Below are positions 1 to 11,869 of a stretch of 64,000 bases of DNA, piece after piece. The notes under the pieces were generated by a model. That model was not told the origin of the DNA. It saw nothing but the letters and a program-made list of their open reading frames with translations, and made no database searches. This DNA comes from Malacoraja senta. Lineage: Eukaryota. Where the stretch lies: NCBI GenBank assembly GCA_038087875.1, contig CM075988.1, forward strand, positions 19,222,001 through 19,286,000, given 5' to 3'. A program made the translations under genes and the position numbers. Numbering within the stretch: the first letter of the stretch is position 1; every line of letters begins with the position of its first letter.

Positions 1-50
1 TATTCCCCTCATGGTTTAATACATCTCAAGATACAAGAGTGTTTTACTGT

Positions 51-135
51 AGGCAGATAAAAATGGTGGAGAAACTCAGCGGGTGAGGCAGCATCTACCT
101 TCGATTTTTCCAGCATCTGCAGTTCCTTCTTAAAC
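51..135. mobile_element. Short Penelope-like terminal-repeat insertion with inverted 5' part
   Basis: Inverted piece (aggcagataaaaatggtggagaaactcagcgggtgaggcagcatct) joined to the 3' tail accttcgatttttccagcatctgcagttccttcttaaac; flanked by 15-bp direct repeat agagtgttttactgt at 36-50 and 136-150. Confidence 0.75.
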
Positions 136-1189
136 AGAGTGTTTTACTGTCAAATGTCCAAATAAGAACAATGAAATTCTTACTTGCAGCAGAATATTTA
201 AACATAGTAGAATCATGGAGGGTCATTGAGTCTTAAAGCATGGAAACAGGCCCTTCATCCCAACTTGCCCAAACCGGCCAAGATGCCCCATCTACACTAG
301 CCCCACCCTGTGCTTGGCCTATATCTGCCTAAAAATGTCCTATCCATGTTCCTGTCTAAGTGCTCCTCACCAGGATCTGAAATAGCTGACACTCGATCCT
401 GAGTCAGATAGAATTTGTTCAGTCTCCTGGCAAGTTGCATGCACTCCGAGAAGGAGGAACAAATTAGTGATCTACACATTCCTCCTACTCTCAAGGGTTC
501 AGAGTTAGCAATCTCTGAGTACTTGGTAAATTAGCAACATCAGAATTCTCGGATGAAGTTCACACCTTGAATGTCACCCTGACTTACAGGAATCTGCTAA
601 TCGATTGCGCATCCATTTTCTTTCTTTGTTTTCTTCCTTACTGATTGCCCACGTTTGCAGTTATTATTTTTGCCGTGGAGATTTTTGTGGTTGGCCAGCT
701 GTCTCCCAGGACCTCAGTGAAATGGATGATTCTGCCAGGTTTGCAGGGCAGTGCATTAGTCACGTCCCCCATTCGGGTGGACGCGGTACATTGTCTACTG
801 CCAGCGATATCACCTCCTGCGCCGACAACAACCCTGCAGCAAGGAAACGTATGGTTGCTGTCAACTGAACAGCCACAGGCGAAACACTGAATGTCACTGG
901 GGGCCTCCAAATCAGCTGCGATTAATTGGCAGAGTTCAGTCATGATTTCCCAGCTGAGCTTGAGTCTCTTTAGGCTGTGCTTCTTTGAGACGCTCGTACA
1001 ATTTATCTCGGATCAGTGAACTTTTCTAACGACCATGTGCTGGGTCTTTACCTCCTCCCTCTCCCTCCTTCACCAGATCAATATTTCCCTTCTCACCTCC
1101 CGCTCCATCCAATCAATGGTAAAGAGAATCTTAAACTAATACCAGTAATAACACGGGGAAAAATTGCTGCTTAACTTTTGTTGGCCTGT

Positions 1190-1495
1190 TTAATTCAGTT
1201 TGGAGATACAGCAAGGAAACAGGCCCTTCGGCCCACCGAGTCCACGCTGACCATCAATCACCCCATCACTAGATCTATCTTCTCATCCACTCCCTACACA
1301 CAAGGGACACATATACAGAGGGCCAATTAACCTACAAACCAACACGCCTTTGGGATGTTGGAGGAAACCGGAGCACCTGGAAGAAACCCACGTGGTCACA
1401 GGGAGAATTTGCAAACTCCACACAGACAGTATTTGTAGTTAGAATCGAACCCAGGTCTTTTTCACTGTAAATACCAGCTGTGCCACTGTGTCCTC
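1190..1495 (-). mobile_element. HE1/V-type tRNA-derived SINE (diverged)
   Basis: Reverse complement of SINE body (gaaacccacgtggtcacagggaga, caaactccacacagacag) and CR1-like tail ggaaacaggcccttcggcccaccgagtcc. Confidence 0.85.
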
Positions 1496-1609
1496 CTGTT
1501 ATAAAAATGAATAACAAATACAACTGGGTCTTAGAACTCTAAAGTCCCTATCTGCACAAAAAACCCGAGCGATATTGCTAATAAAAATATTGATACAGTA
1601 TCTTATTGA

Positions 1610-2070
1610 AGACACAAGAAACTGCAGATGCTGGAATCTTGAGCTCAATGCAAAGTCCTGAGGAACTCAGCGGGTCAGGCACCATCTGAGGAGAGATTGA
1701 ACAGATGACATTTTGGGTCGGGACCCAATCCTTTCGATTGATTGGAATCGGGGTGGGGGGGGGGGGGGGAGAAAGTTGTAAATGAGAGGTGGAGCAAAGC
1801 CTGGCAAGTGGTAGGTGAATGTAGGTGAGAGTTGGGAGTGACTGTCAGATGGGTGGAGTAAGTGACAAAGGCCAGATGTGAAAGGGAGACAAAAGGGTGT
1901 CAGATAAGGAAGGAATAGGACATGTGAAACTAATTGCTCTGTGTGTGTCTGAAGAAAGGTCCCGACTTAAAACCTCACCTACCCGTGTTCGCCAGAGATT
2001 GGGGCCTGACCCGCTGGGTTACTCCAGCACTTTGTGTCTTTTCGTTGTAAACCAGCACCTGCAGTCCCTT
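1610..2070. mobile_element. Penelope-like terminal repeats in inverted arrangement
   Basis: Minus-strand copy from aactgcagatgctggaatc (about 1620) and plus-strand copy from tctgaagaaaggtcccgac (about 1948) to gcacctgcagtccctt. Confidence 0.65.
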
Positions 2071-2980
2071 GAGTCTGCTGTGTGTGTGTGAACTTGCTGT
2101 GTGCAAACCTAAATGCCACACTCACGCACTCTTTCCCTGCTCCCTTTGCCAGCTGTGACAGAGAGGAGGCTTGCATCTGAATTGTCACACATTGTTGCTG
2201 TCCACATATTCTGCCCAATTTGCTGATTGTTTCCAACACTTTCCAGTATCAATGTTTTTCATGTTAATTCACTCAGCATTATATCAGGCATCTGAACGAT
2301 CCCTCCATAAGCTGGAGTACTGTCCAATTCACCTCAACCCCATACTGGACATTAGACGTTGTCTATGGAACTGATGCGCTACAATGCTGAGATCTATATT
2401 CTGCACTCTGTATCTTTTTCTCCTTTGCTCTATCTATTGTACTTGAGTTCGGCATGGGTGGGTGACGTTTTGGATCGGGACCCTTCTTCAGACACACACA
2501 GAGCAGTTAGTTGCACATGTCCTATTCTTTCCTTATCTGACACCCTTTTGTCTCACCTTCACCTCTAGTTTTGTCACTTACACTGCCCATTGCATAAATT
2601 TATAGTATTATCTGATCTGTTTGCATACAATGCAAAACAAAGCTTTTCACTGTACCTCGGTGCATGATAAACCTAAACCTATCTTGCAGACCTGAAATCG
2701 TGAAAGGCGTAATATTACTTCGCTTTCAGTTCTTTTATTCATCCCTACTGGAGCTTTGTAAACCGTTGAACCATCTAAAGGTAAATTAAACAGAAACACA
2801 GTTAATTATAAGTTTAATGATTTAATAATTATTAACTATTATATAATTATTAACTATTAAACTGGTAATAATTCTGTTTAATTTATTAACTATTAACCAG
2901 TAAAGAAATGGTTAACTGGAAACAAGGAGCTAACATTAAGGTCAATGATCTATCTAAACTGCTTTAACAAAGTGCTTTAA

Positions 2981-3310
2981 AAGCCCTGTCCCACGGTACG
3001 AGTTCATTCCAAGAGCCCTCCCGAGTTTTTAAAAAATCAAACTCGTGGTAAGCACGGAGAATGAACGTAGCGGGTACGTTGGAGCTCAGGGACATCTCTT
3101 AGCGGCTCGTAACGCTAACGGCAGGTACTCGGGAAGACTCGCTAACGGCAGGTAAGCACGGGAAGACTCGTGAAGATTTTTCAACATGTTGAAAAATGTC
3201 CACGAGAGCCCCGAGTACCGATGAGTGGCCATTACCGTAAATCTCCGAGTTCGAATCAGGGCAAACTCAGGAGAGCTCTTGGAATTAACTCGTACTGTGG
3301 GACAGGGCTT
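2981..3310. mobile_element. PIF/Harbinger-type MITE
   Basis: TIRs aagccctgtcccacggtacgagttcattccaagag / ctcttggaattaactcgtactgtgggacagggctt; TAA duplicated at 2978-2980 and 3311-3313; no coding capacity. Confidence 0.85.
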
Positions 3311-3334
3311 TAAATGTAGAGAAGATATTTTACC

Positions 3335-3645
3335 GGCATGGTGGCGCAGCGGTAGAGTTGAGGCCTTACAGTGCCGGCGTGCTGTAAGGCCTCAACTCCG
3401 TACAAACACCTGGGTGCTGTTTGTACGGAGTTTGTACGTTCTCCTCGTGACCTCGTGGGTTTTGTCCGGGTGCTCCGGTTTCCGCCCACACTCCAAAGAA
3501 GTACGGCTTTATAGGCTAATTGGCTTGGTAAATTTGTAAATTATCCCTAGTGTGTGTAGGATAGTGTTAGTGCGTGGGGATCGTTGGTCAGCACGGCCTC
3601 GAAGGGCTGAAGGGCCTGTTTCCGTACTGTATCACTTAACTAAAC
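3335..3645 (+). mobile_element. HE1/V-type SINE with rearranged head
   Basis: A-box ggtggcgcagcggtagag, central gtttgtacgttctcctcgtgacc, tail gggctgaagggcctgtttcc...taactaaact. Confidence 0.85.
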
Positions 3646-4619
3646 TACACAAAATATTGATCAATAGTTCAATAGTCCTTTATTGTCACGTGTGACCTGC
3701 GGTACAGTGACATTTGATTCTACCATAGTCATATCATAAACAGCAGGTAGGAGCCTGCAGGAACTGTAGGTGCTGATTTGCAACAAAAAAAACATCACAA
3801 AGTGCTGGAGTAACTCAGCAGGTCAGGAAGCATCTGTGAAGAACATGGATAGGGGACTTTTCGGGTGGAGACCCCCTTCTCCAAACAGTAGGTAACATGC
3901 CGCGCGAGGTAAACTAACCTTTGTATGATGCTCTTGCCTATTTGATGGCTCCCTCAAGCCAAAACTCTCCTGAGAATTGCTGCCTTTCCCCATCACACTC
4001 TCTTAGCGTCGCCTGCTGAGAGACGAGTCAGTCGCAGTGAGTGATTTCCAGAACCTTACGGGGGCATTTGTATCTGGAATGTGAGGGTAGATTACGTTTT
4101 CTCCCTCACTGAGCAAGGCAATAGTGTTCAGGCTGATTCATTTCACTATCAAGGTAATGGCACAATGGTTAATTCTTGCCTTCAGTAAATGCTATTAAGT
4201 AACAGAAAGTCAGTAGCTCAAATTACAGTGATGAGTGGAAAAGTAAATAAATTATGCCTTATGGGAGAAAAGTGAAATATACTTGGATTGTCAGCGTAAT
4301 GGTTATTAACCTTGTTTTCTGATTTATAAAAATATTGTTTCATGCTGATTCAATATTACCTCCCAGCAGAGAATGTGCTAAGAAATTATGATCTATCATC
4401 TGACTGTGGTCTATCAACCTATTACCACATATCCTGGCAGCTTCAGCATCAGTAATAATGATTGAAGAAGCTCGTGGGAAGAAGCAAATAGGGAAGGCTG
4501 CCTTAAATATGATCTCTCAATGTTCTGCTAGACTGCACTGGTAGTCTAGAAGTGTTCAAAGGCTCTGGAGAAGAACCATTGAAAAATATGCCAGGGCTTT
4601 GAGATTATAGATCATTCGT

Positions 4620-5040
4620 GAGTTCATAAGTTCATGGGCCAGAATTTGGCCATTCGGCCCATCAAGCCTACTCCGCTATTCAATCATGGCTGATCTATCT
4701 TTCCCTCTCAACCCCATTCACTCCATAACCCCTGACGCCCATACTAATCAAGAATCTAATAATCTCCATCTTAATAATATACATTGACTTGGCCTCCACG
4801 GCTTTCTGTGGCAATGAATTCCACAGATTCACCACCCTCTGACCAAATAAATTCCACTTCATCTCCTTTCTAGAAGGAACGTCCTTTTATTCTGAGGCTA
4901 TGGCCCCTGGCCCTAGACTCTCCCACTAGTGGAAATGCCCTCTCCACATCCACTCTATCCAGGACTTTCACTATTAAATACATTTCAATGTGGTTCCCCC
5001 TCATCCTTCTAAACTCCAGCGAGTACAGGCTCATCATATG
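4620..5040 (-). mobile_element. CR1 LINE 3' fragment
   Basis: Reverse complement of the CR1 RT C-terminus and 3' UTR (ggccattcggcccatc, gaattccacagattcaccaccctct, catccttctaaactccag). Confidence 0.8.
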
Positions 5041-5221
5041 TTAACCCACTCATCCCAGGCATAGAGCAATACAGCACATGAACAGGTCCTTGAACCCACA
5101 ATGTCTGTGCCGAACATGATGCCAAGACCATCAATTATCTACCTGCACATAACCCATATCTCTCCATGTCCATATGGGAAAAGAGAAATGAAGAGGGTTA
5201 CTAACCTCTTGAAAAGGAATA

Positions 5222-5625
5222 GTTTAGTTTAGTCATAGAGCACTGAAAGGCCGTTCGGCCCAGCTCACTCATGCCAACCAATAAGCCAATCTACACTAGT
5301 CCTACCTGCCTGTGTTTGGCCCGTATCCCCCTAAACCTTTCCTATATATGTACATGTCCAAATGTCTTTTAGATAGAGCTCTAAATAGCAGTCAGGGGAT
5401 ATGGGGAGAAGGCAGGAACGGGGTACTGATTGTGGATGATCAGCCATGATCACAGTGAATGGCGGTGCTGGCTCGAAGGGCCAAATGGCCTACTCCTGCA
5501 CCTATTGTCCATTGTCTATTGTCTATTGTCTAAATGTTATTATAGATTCCATACACCCACCACCCTCTGTGTGAAAAAGATGCCGCTCAGACTACTGTTA
5601 AATCTTTCCCCGCTCACCTTAAAGT
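5222..5625. mobile_element. Nested CR1 3' fragments (plus-strand copy about 5372-5530 inside a minus-strand copy)
   Basis: Inner copy ends gcctactcctgcacctattgtccattgtctattgtctattg; outer copy resumes with catacacccaccaccctctgtgtg. Confidence 0.7.
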
Positions 5626-6529
5626 TCTGATTGAAAGGTTCGGACTGTCTATGCATGGTCCTTGTTTGGGTTGCAAGCAGACCAGAAGATACTGTGCGAT
5701 CTGCTTCCTGCTGTGATGGTGGTCCCAGTCATTGTAGCAGAGTCCCTGTTGACCAAGAGCCTGATGGTTCTCCAGCGATGCTGCCTGACCCACTGAGAAC
5801 TCCAGCACCTTGTGTCTATCCCTGTTGAACATCTTGGGCCTTCACTGACCCCCCCCCCCCCCCCCCCATTTGTAAGACCAAAATTGTCCTAATAGACAGA
5901 TGAATGGTATTGATTGAGTAGGCAGAGAGAAAATGTTTCCATTTCATTCCTCATTCCAATCAATATTAATTTTGGCTTTATATGAAATCACTTTCATTAT
6001 ATGGGAAGAAAATAAATGACATTAAAAATATCTTTAATTACATCAGTACAGGAAAATTTTGTATTCTACAGGAGATAAAATCAGAGTTATTGAAGCAAAA
6101 AATAACATGTTTACAATTTAACTTCTGTGCCACAGACATTAAAACTAAAGTTCATTAGAAACTGCAGCAATTTCTGCCTCCAATTGTGCATTTAATCTTG
6201 ACTTCATTTATAAGAAAGTTTAATTAGAAAGTACTGTTAAAGTCTCATTTTTATGCAGCCTCAAGGGAGAATGATTTGGGACCACATAACTAATAGGCAC
6301 TTCATCCTCATTCAGTGCACTGATTAGAACAGGGACAGATTCAGACACTCAATTCAAGGGAGAAAAATAACTTTGTTTGCAAATTCTCTTTGCTTGTGAA
6401 ATGGGGAAAGAGATTTTCTTCCTCCATGTCAGAGCAACCTGCTGCACAAAGTCTTCTGCCATTAACACCAGCACCTGGAATTGCACCAGGATAGAAGAGT
6501 GAAAAGCCAGGATATCTCCCGATCGGTTG

Positions 6530-7030
6530 GATGTTGAGATTGGAAAGGTTCAGAGGGATATGGGCCAAGCACAAGCAAATTGGACTGGCTTGGATGGGGC
6601 ATTGAGAGTCATAGAGTCATACAGCGTGGAAACTGGCCCTTCGGCCCAACTTGCCCATGCCGACCAACATGTCACATCCACACCAGTCCCACCTGCCTGC
6701 CTTTGGCCCATATGCTTCCAAACCTGGCCTATCCATGTACCTGTCTAATTGTTTCTTAAACATTGCAATAGTCCCTGTCTCAACTACCTCCTCTGGAAGC
6801 TCGTTCCATGCAACCGCCACCCTTGTTTGGGGGTAGACACAAAATGCTGGAGTAACTCAGCGGGACAGGCAGCATCTCTGGAGCATTCCTTCTCTCCAGA
6901 GTTACTCCAGCTTTTTGTGTCTATCTTTGGTTTAAACCAGCATCTGCAGTTCCTTCCTACTCCCTTGTTTTGGGGGGGGGGGGGCAGCTTGGTCATCATG
7001 GACAAGTCGGGCTGAGGGGCCTGTTTACAT
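6530..7030. mobile_element. Cluster of CR1 3' ends plus a Penelope-like fold-back insertion (about 6834-6961)
   Basis: ORF 6617-6820(-) WNELPEEVVETGTIAMFKKQLDRYM is a CR1 C-terminus; fold-back flanked by ccttgttt(t)ggggg direct repeats. Confidence 0.75.
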
Positions 7031-7179
7031 GTTGTATGTCTATTTTACCGTAAATGATGATGTGTTTATATATTTTTCCATTCTTGGTCACTTGTAATGT
7101 GTGAAACTAGAGGCCAGTATTCGTCCATGTCAATAATGGTGGCTGGCATTTCACTCTGGGTAATGGAAGATAACACACC

Positions 7180-7583
7180 AATAACACGAGATAAATAACC
7201 AAAAATACAATCAATTAATAACCGTAATAATAGGAAACCACGATAGTGTAAAAACAGAAGTCCATAGTGCGACCAAAGACACAGTCCATAGGAGATCATA
7301 GTTGATGAGGTTAGTGTTGTGCAGTGTCCAAGAGCCTGATGGCTGGGAAGAAGCTGTTCCTGAAACTGGGGATCATGGTTTTCAGGCTCCTTGACATTCC
7401 TCCTAATGGTAGCAGTGAGATGAGAGCATGGCCAAGGTGGCATGAGACTGATGATATTGGCCGACTTTTTGAGGCAGCACCTCCTGTAGATCCCTTTGAT
7501 GGTGGGGAGGTCAGTACCTTTGATGGACCTGACCCATCTACCATTCTTTGTTGTCTCCCTCGATCCTGGGCATTCGAGTTGCT
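7180..7583 (-). mobile_element. Rex1-clade LINE 3' fragment (degenerate)
   Basis: Minus-strand frames give GTDLPTIKGIYRRCCLKKSANII and GHALISLLPLG...SFRNSFFPAIRLL, typical of the Rex1 C-terminus. Confidence 0.75.
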
Positions 7584-7722
7584 TCTTCTTCTTGTGTACG
7601 GCGTGCACAGCCCAAAGTTGTAGGACAACTTGTTCTATTTGATCTTATTTGATTGTGCACACCGGGTTGATTGCATTTGTCGAAACAGGGCAGAACACGT
7701 GAAGGTTGCAATCTCCCACCCC
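7584..7722 (-). mobile_element. 139-bp non-autonomous retroelement: 5' HDV-like ribozyme, 3' stem-loop, (AAG)n tail
   Basis: 12-bp TSD attcgagttgct (7572-7583) / atttgagttgct (7723-7734); minus strand starts GGGGUGG and ends ...GUACACAAGAAGAAGA. Confidence 0.85.
7669..7722 (-). ncRNA. Minimal HDV/CPEB3-like ribozyme (predicted fold)
   Basis: GGGGUGG-GA-GAUUGCA-ACC-UUCACGU-GUU-CUGCCCU-GUUUCGA-CAAA-UGCAAUC: P1 7 bp with G1-U wobble, P2 perfect 7 bp, L3 UUCACGU, C in J4/2; one mismatch in P3. Confidence 0.8.
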
Positions 7723-8726
7723 ATTTGAGTTGCTGAGGGAGTTGATGTTAATCATGAAAACCAATAATTTTGGACGAGCAGGTCAATCAGCCTCTCAAGC
7801 CTCGTCTACCACTCCATGAGAATTTCACAACAAGCTGGAGACTTTGAAATGATTTGATTTGATTTGACTGGATAGCACGCAAACAAAAACGTTTCATTGT
7901 AAATCGGTACATGTCACAATATGAAACCAATACCCAGATTCCAATATATGACAATAAACTATGTGAATCTGAATATAAATGTGAATCTTAACCTGAATCA
8001 GGCAGAGAATCATTGAGTCACACAGCAGGGAAGTAGGCCCTTCGGTCCAATTCGTCCATGCTGACCAAGATGACCTATCCAAGCATCACCTTGAGTGCAA
8101 CGTGGGATGGGTAGCAAACACCAAGTCTGTTCCACTTCCCGTGAATTATTAACACAGAACGCATGGACAGGGTCAGGAGTAGAACCTTACACAAGGAGGG
8201 AGAAGCACTGATGGGAAATGGCATGCTTACTAGTCAGTTGGCAACATCTCGAGCTTCCTTCAGTATCACTGATTTGCCACAGCTTTCATGCCTGAGGTTT
8301 GTAAACAGAATGAGCTTTGTAAGCAGATGGAGCTGAAGCCATTTGTTATAAAGACTAATGAGAATCAAGGCCCAAAAATTGCTGAACATCTATTCTTGCT
8401 CCCAGTCTTCACCACGTCACAAACTATCGGAGCTGATGTGCTTCACCAGATGTTCCGTTCCCCTCTTGGAGATCCCGCGGAGAACATGGAGGAAAGGTAT
8501 CTGCAGCCTTCAGGTGACGTCTGTGCACAACTAAGGCAGATGGGCAGGACAAAGATGCTTGCAGGCGATCAGATCTTGCAAGCGGGAGGAGAAACACAAC
8601 AAACAAAATGTCACGCCGCCAAACTGGCAGGAAAATGATGCACAAGATGTCATCCATTCCTCAAAAACTGAACAATGCACAACACTAAACTATGAACTAA
8701 GGAATGTGTAGGAAGGAACTGCAGAT

Positions 8727-8819
8727 CTGAAGAAGGGTTTCGGCCCGAAACGTTGCCTATTTCCTTTGCTCCATAGATGCTGCTGCACCCGCTGAGTTTC
8801 TCCAGCACTTTTGTCTACC
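8727..8819 (+). mobile_element. Short Penelope-like terminal repeat with hammerhead core, inserted into an oppositely oriented related repeat (about 8705-8910)
   Basis: Starts CTGAAGA-agggtttcggccc-GAAACGTT; 14-bp TSD aaggaactgcagat at 8713-8726 and 8820-8833. Confidence 0.8.
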
Positions 8820-9389
8820 AAGGAACTGCAGATGCTGGTTTACACCGAAGATAGACACAAAATGCTGGAGTAACTCAGCGGGACAGGCAGCATCTCCGGA
8901 GAGAAGAAATGTTTTTGGTTGCATGAAGGATTTCAGGCTTTTTCTACACTTGTGTTGTTTTATTGAATATTTGTTTATTTTGATTATCTGGTTATTGTGT
9001 TGACAGGCATGTTATGTTGCTGCAAGTAAAAATGTCATTATTCCAATATTGGTACGTATGACAATTAAACACTCTTGACTCTTGACCTGGTGCATTTATA
9101 AAATTGCTGTATGTTTCTGATTCTCTCTCCACAGATGCTGTCTGAACTGCCAAGTTTCACCGGCAATATTTCATTTCTCTTTTGATCGGCAGAAACTTAT
9201 TGCCAGAGATTTGAGAAAGAAAGTTTAAAGGAGATGTGCGGAGCATGTTTTTTACACAGAGGTTGGTGGGTGCCTGGAATGCACTGCCATGTGTGGTGGT
9301 GGAGGCAGAGTACATATGTAATGTTTCTCATATCACCTGGTTTCCTTGTCAACTCCTTATGGTCTTAATTGTGTGAGTCATAGAGCATG

Positions 9390-9880
9390 TCATAAGTTCA
9401 TAAGTTATACGAGCAGAATTAGGCCATTTGGCCTATTGTCTACTCCGCCATTCAATCATGGCTGATCTATCCTTCCCTCTAAACCCCATTCTGCCTTCTC
9501 CCTGTAACCCCTGATGCTCTTACTAAACATGAACCTGCCAATCTCTGCCTTAAAAAACCCATTGACTTGGCTTTTACTGTCGTCTGTGGCAATGAATTCC
9601 ATGATGACTAAGATGTCCCATTGACACTAGTCCCACATGCCTGCGTTTGACCCATTATCCCTCTAAACCTTTCCTATCCATGTACCTGTCCAAATGTCTT
9701 TTAAATGTTGTTGTACCTGCTTCAACTATCTCCTCTGGCAGATAGTTTCATATACCATCCTCTGAGGGAAAATTTGCCCCTCAGATTCCAATTAAATCTT
9801 GCCCCTCACACCTTAAACCTATGTCCTCTGGTTTTTGATTCCAATACTCTTATTAAAGGACTGTGCATTCACCCTATCTA
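9390..9880 (-). mobile_element. CR1 LINE 3' fragments (two subfamilies)
   Basis: cataagttcataagt tail, ggccatttggcctattgtctactccgcc, aaacctttcctatccatgtacctgtccaaatgtc. Confidence 0.75.
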
Positions 9881-10599
9881 TGGATAGGTGACATTTCGAG
9901 TTGGGACCCTGAAGAAGGGTCCTGACCTGAAATTTCACCTATTCATTTCCCCCAGAGATGTTGCCTGACCTTCTGAGTTGTTTGGTTATGAGCCGGTATC
10001 TGGAGTTCCTTCTTACTACCCCTTTTTCAGACTAATATTTGAAGTCAGAAGAAGGGGCTCGACCCAAATCGTCGTTTGTCCCTCTCTCTCTCCAAGGATG
10101 CCACCTGGCCCGTTGAGTTCCTCCTGACAGCACCTCCGTTTTTGGAGTACACCCTCAGCAGTGTGTTGGAATATGTGTGTGGGAGTGAGACAAGGAAAGG
10201 CACTTGAATCCATAACTCTCTGACTCAACCTCTCTGTTATGCCAGCCCGCATCTCTGCAGAAAACCTTACTTCTATTTTCCAATATTCAGCACAAAATCC
10301 ATAAAAGTAATTTAACATATCCTACATTATAATCTATTTTATTAATAGATGAGTGCAGAGCTTACTGTTTTGCAAGCAAGAAATCAGAGTCGCTCGCATG
10401 ATACTTATTAATGAGGAGATTTTTTTTTTGTGCTCCAGAATTTTAAATCCATCGGGAGAATTTTGCTGATGCACAGTCAGTTGTGGAGATAGTGGCCAAG
10501 GATCATCGATGGTGGGGACAGGGCTAACGCAGGGTCAAGTTCAGCTTGGAAGAAGTGACATTATTAACAAATTAGGGGGGAATTCAGTGTAAATGGTTA

Positions 10600-10950
10600 G
10601 TGTTTGGACAGTTAAGAGAGCCTCGGACAGCCTATAACTATAGTTGAAAAACAAAATGGAATGGCACTAATCTGAAGAAGGCCGCAGGTATCCAGGCCAA
10701 TGTTGATCCCTTAACAAATATCAGAAGGAAATGTAGTAGTTTGATCATTATGCTTTTATTATGGGAACCTACGATGCACAGTTTGGCAAGTGAGTAGAAG
10801 AAGATTTTGAAGGATGAGTTGATTCTGGAAAAATTACCCTGAATGAAAGGAAACACTGCAAATTTCTTGGAAGAGGAAGGAAATCATTTTATTGGTCGGA
10901 AAATATCATATTTTCTGGTCAATAAGTATGGAGTGGATGTAAAATGTGTG
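10600..10950 (+). mobile_element. Possible ancient RTE-clade LINE endonuclease relic
   Basis: attatgggaacctacgatgcacagtttggcaag translates IMGTYDAQFGK, resembling the APE motif IMGDFNAKVG; same strand as the RT relic downstream. Confidence 0.35.
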
Positions 10951-11049
10951 AAGCAAAATGGACGAATGTGGTCAGACAGCCAGGGAAGATGTGCCATTAT
11001 AGGACTAGTTGTATCAGGGCCTACTTCAGAAACCCAAATACTCAAGTAC

Positions 11050-11547
11050 AAAGGAGTGGTAGACTTTGCCCAGTCTATCACGGGTACTGACCAGCCCACC
11101 TTCCAAAGTAGTTACTGGAAACGAATGCAGCCAATATCATCAAAAGCCCACACTCTGCCCATTGCTATCATCTGGAAGAGAAGATGCAGGGAACCTCAGA
11201 ACCGTGATCACTAGGTTCAAGAACAGCTTCTTCCCATCAACCATTAGGTTCTTAAACCATCCTGTACTACATTAATCACAACCTTACCTCAGCACCAAAC
11301 CCCTTTGGATTTTGAACTACTATGGTTGTTCTACATTCCAAGGTTTTTGCACTATCATGGACTAGTTTACTCCGAACTAGCCTGAAAACTGCAACGTCCA
11401 GGTTCAGGAACAGCTTCTTCCCTACAGCCATTCGGTTATTAAACTCTACAACCTCAAATAAACTCTGAACTACAAAGACTATTATTGTTATTATTGCACT
11501 ATTATTGTATGTTTTTTGTGTGTACAAATGTATGTGTGCGTGTGTTC

Positions 11548-11583
<36 letters not shown>

Positions 11584-11850
11584 ATTTGTGACTCTGTGTA
11601 TATATACACACACTGAACCTTTTTTCTCTCTTGATTATTATATTGTTTACAATGTACAATGTTTATATATTCTGTTTTGCTGCAAATAAGAATTTCATTG
11701 TTCTATCAGGGACATATGACAATAAAATGCTCTTGGCTCTCTTGAATAACTGCTTATTGTTGCTGTTGCCTCAGTCTGCCTGTTAAGCTGCAGCAAGTAA
11801 GGAATTATTTGCTACAGTTCAGATCCCATGCATATTACAAATAAACACAC
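11050..11850 (+). mobile_element. Stacked Rex1-type 3' ends with a TA/TG microsatellite
   Basis: Repeated aggttca(a/g)gaacagcttcttccc motif (RFKNSFFP) and 3' tail aagaatttcattgttc...gacaataaa. Confidence 0.65.
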
Positions 11851-11869
11851 TTGACTTCAGAAGGTGCGA

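Noticed and set aside
8288..8638. 116-aa ORF as a host gene
   Set aside because: No recognisable domain and no convincing splice sites.
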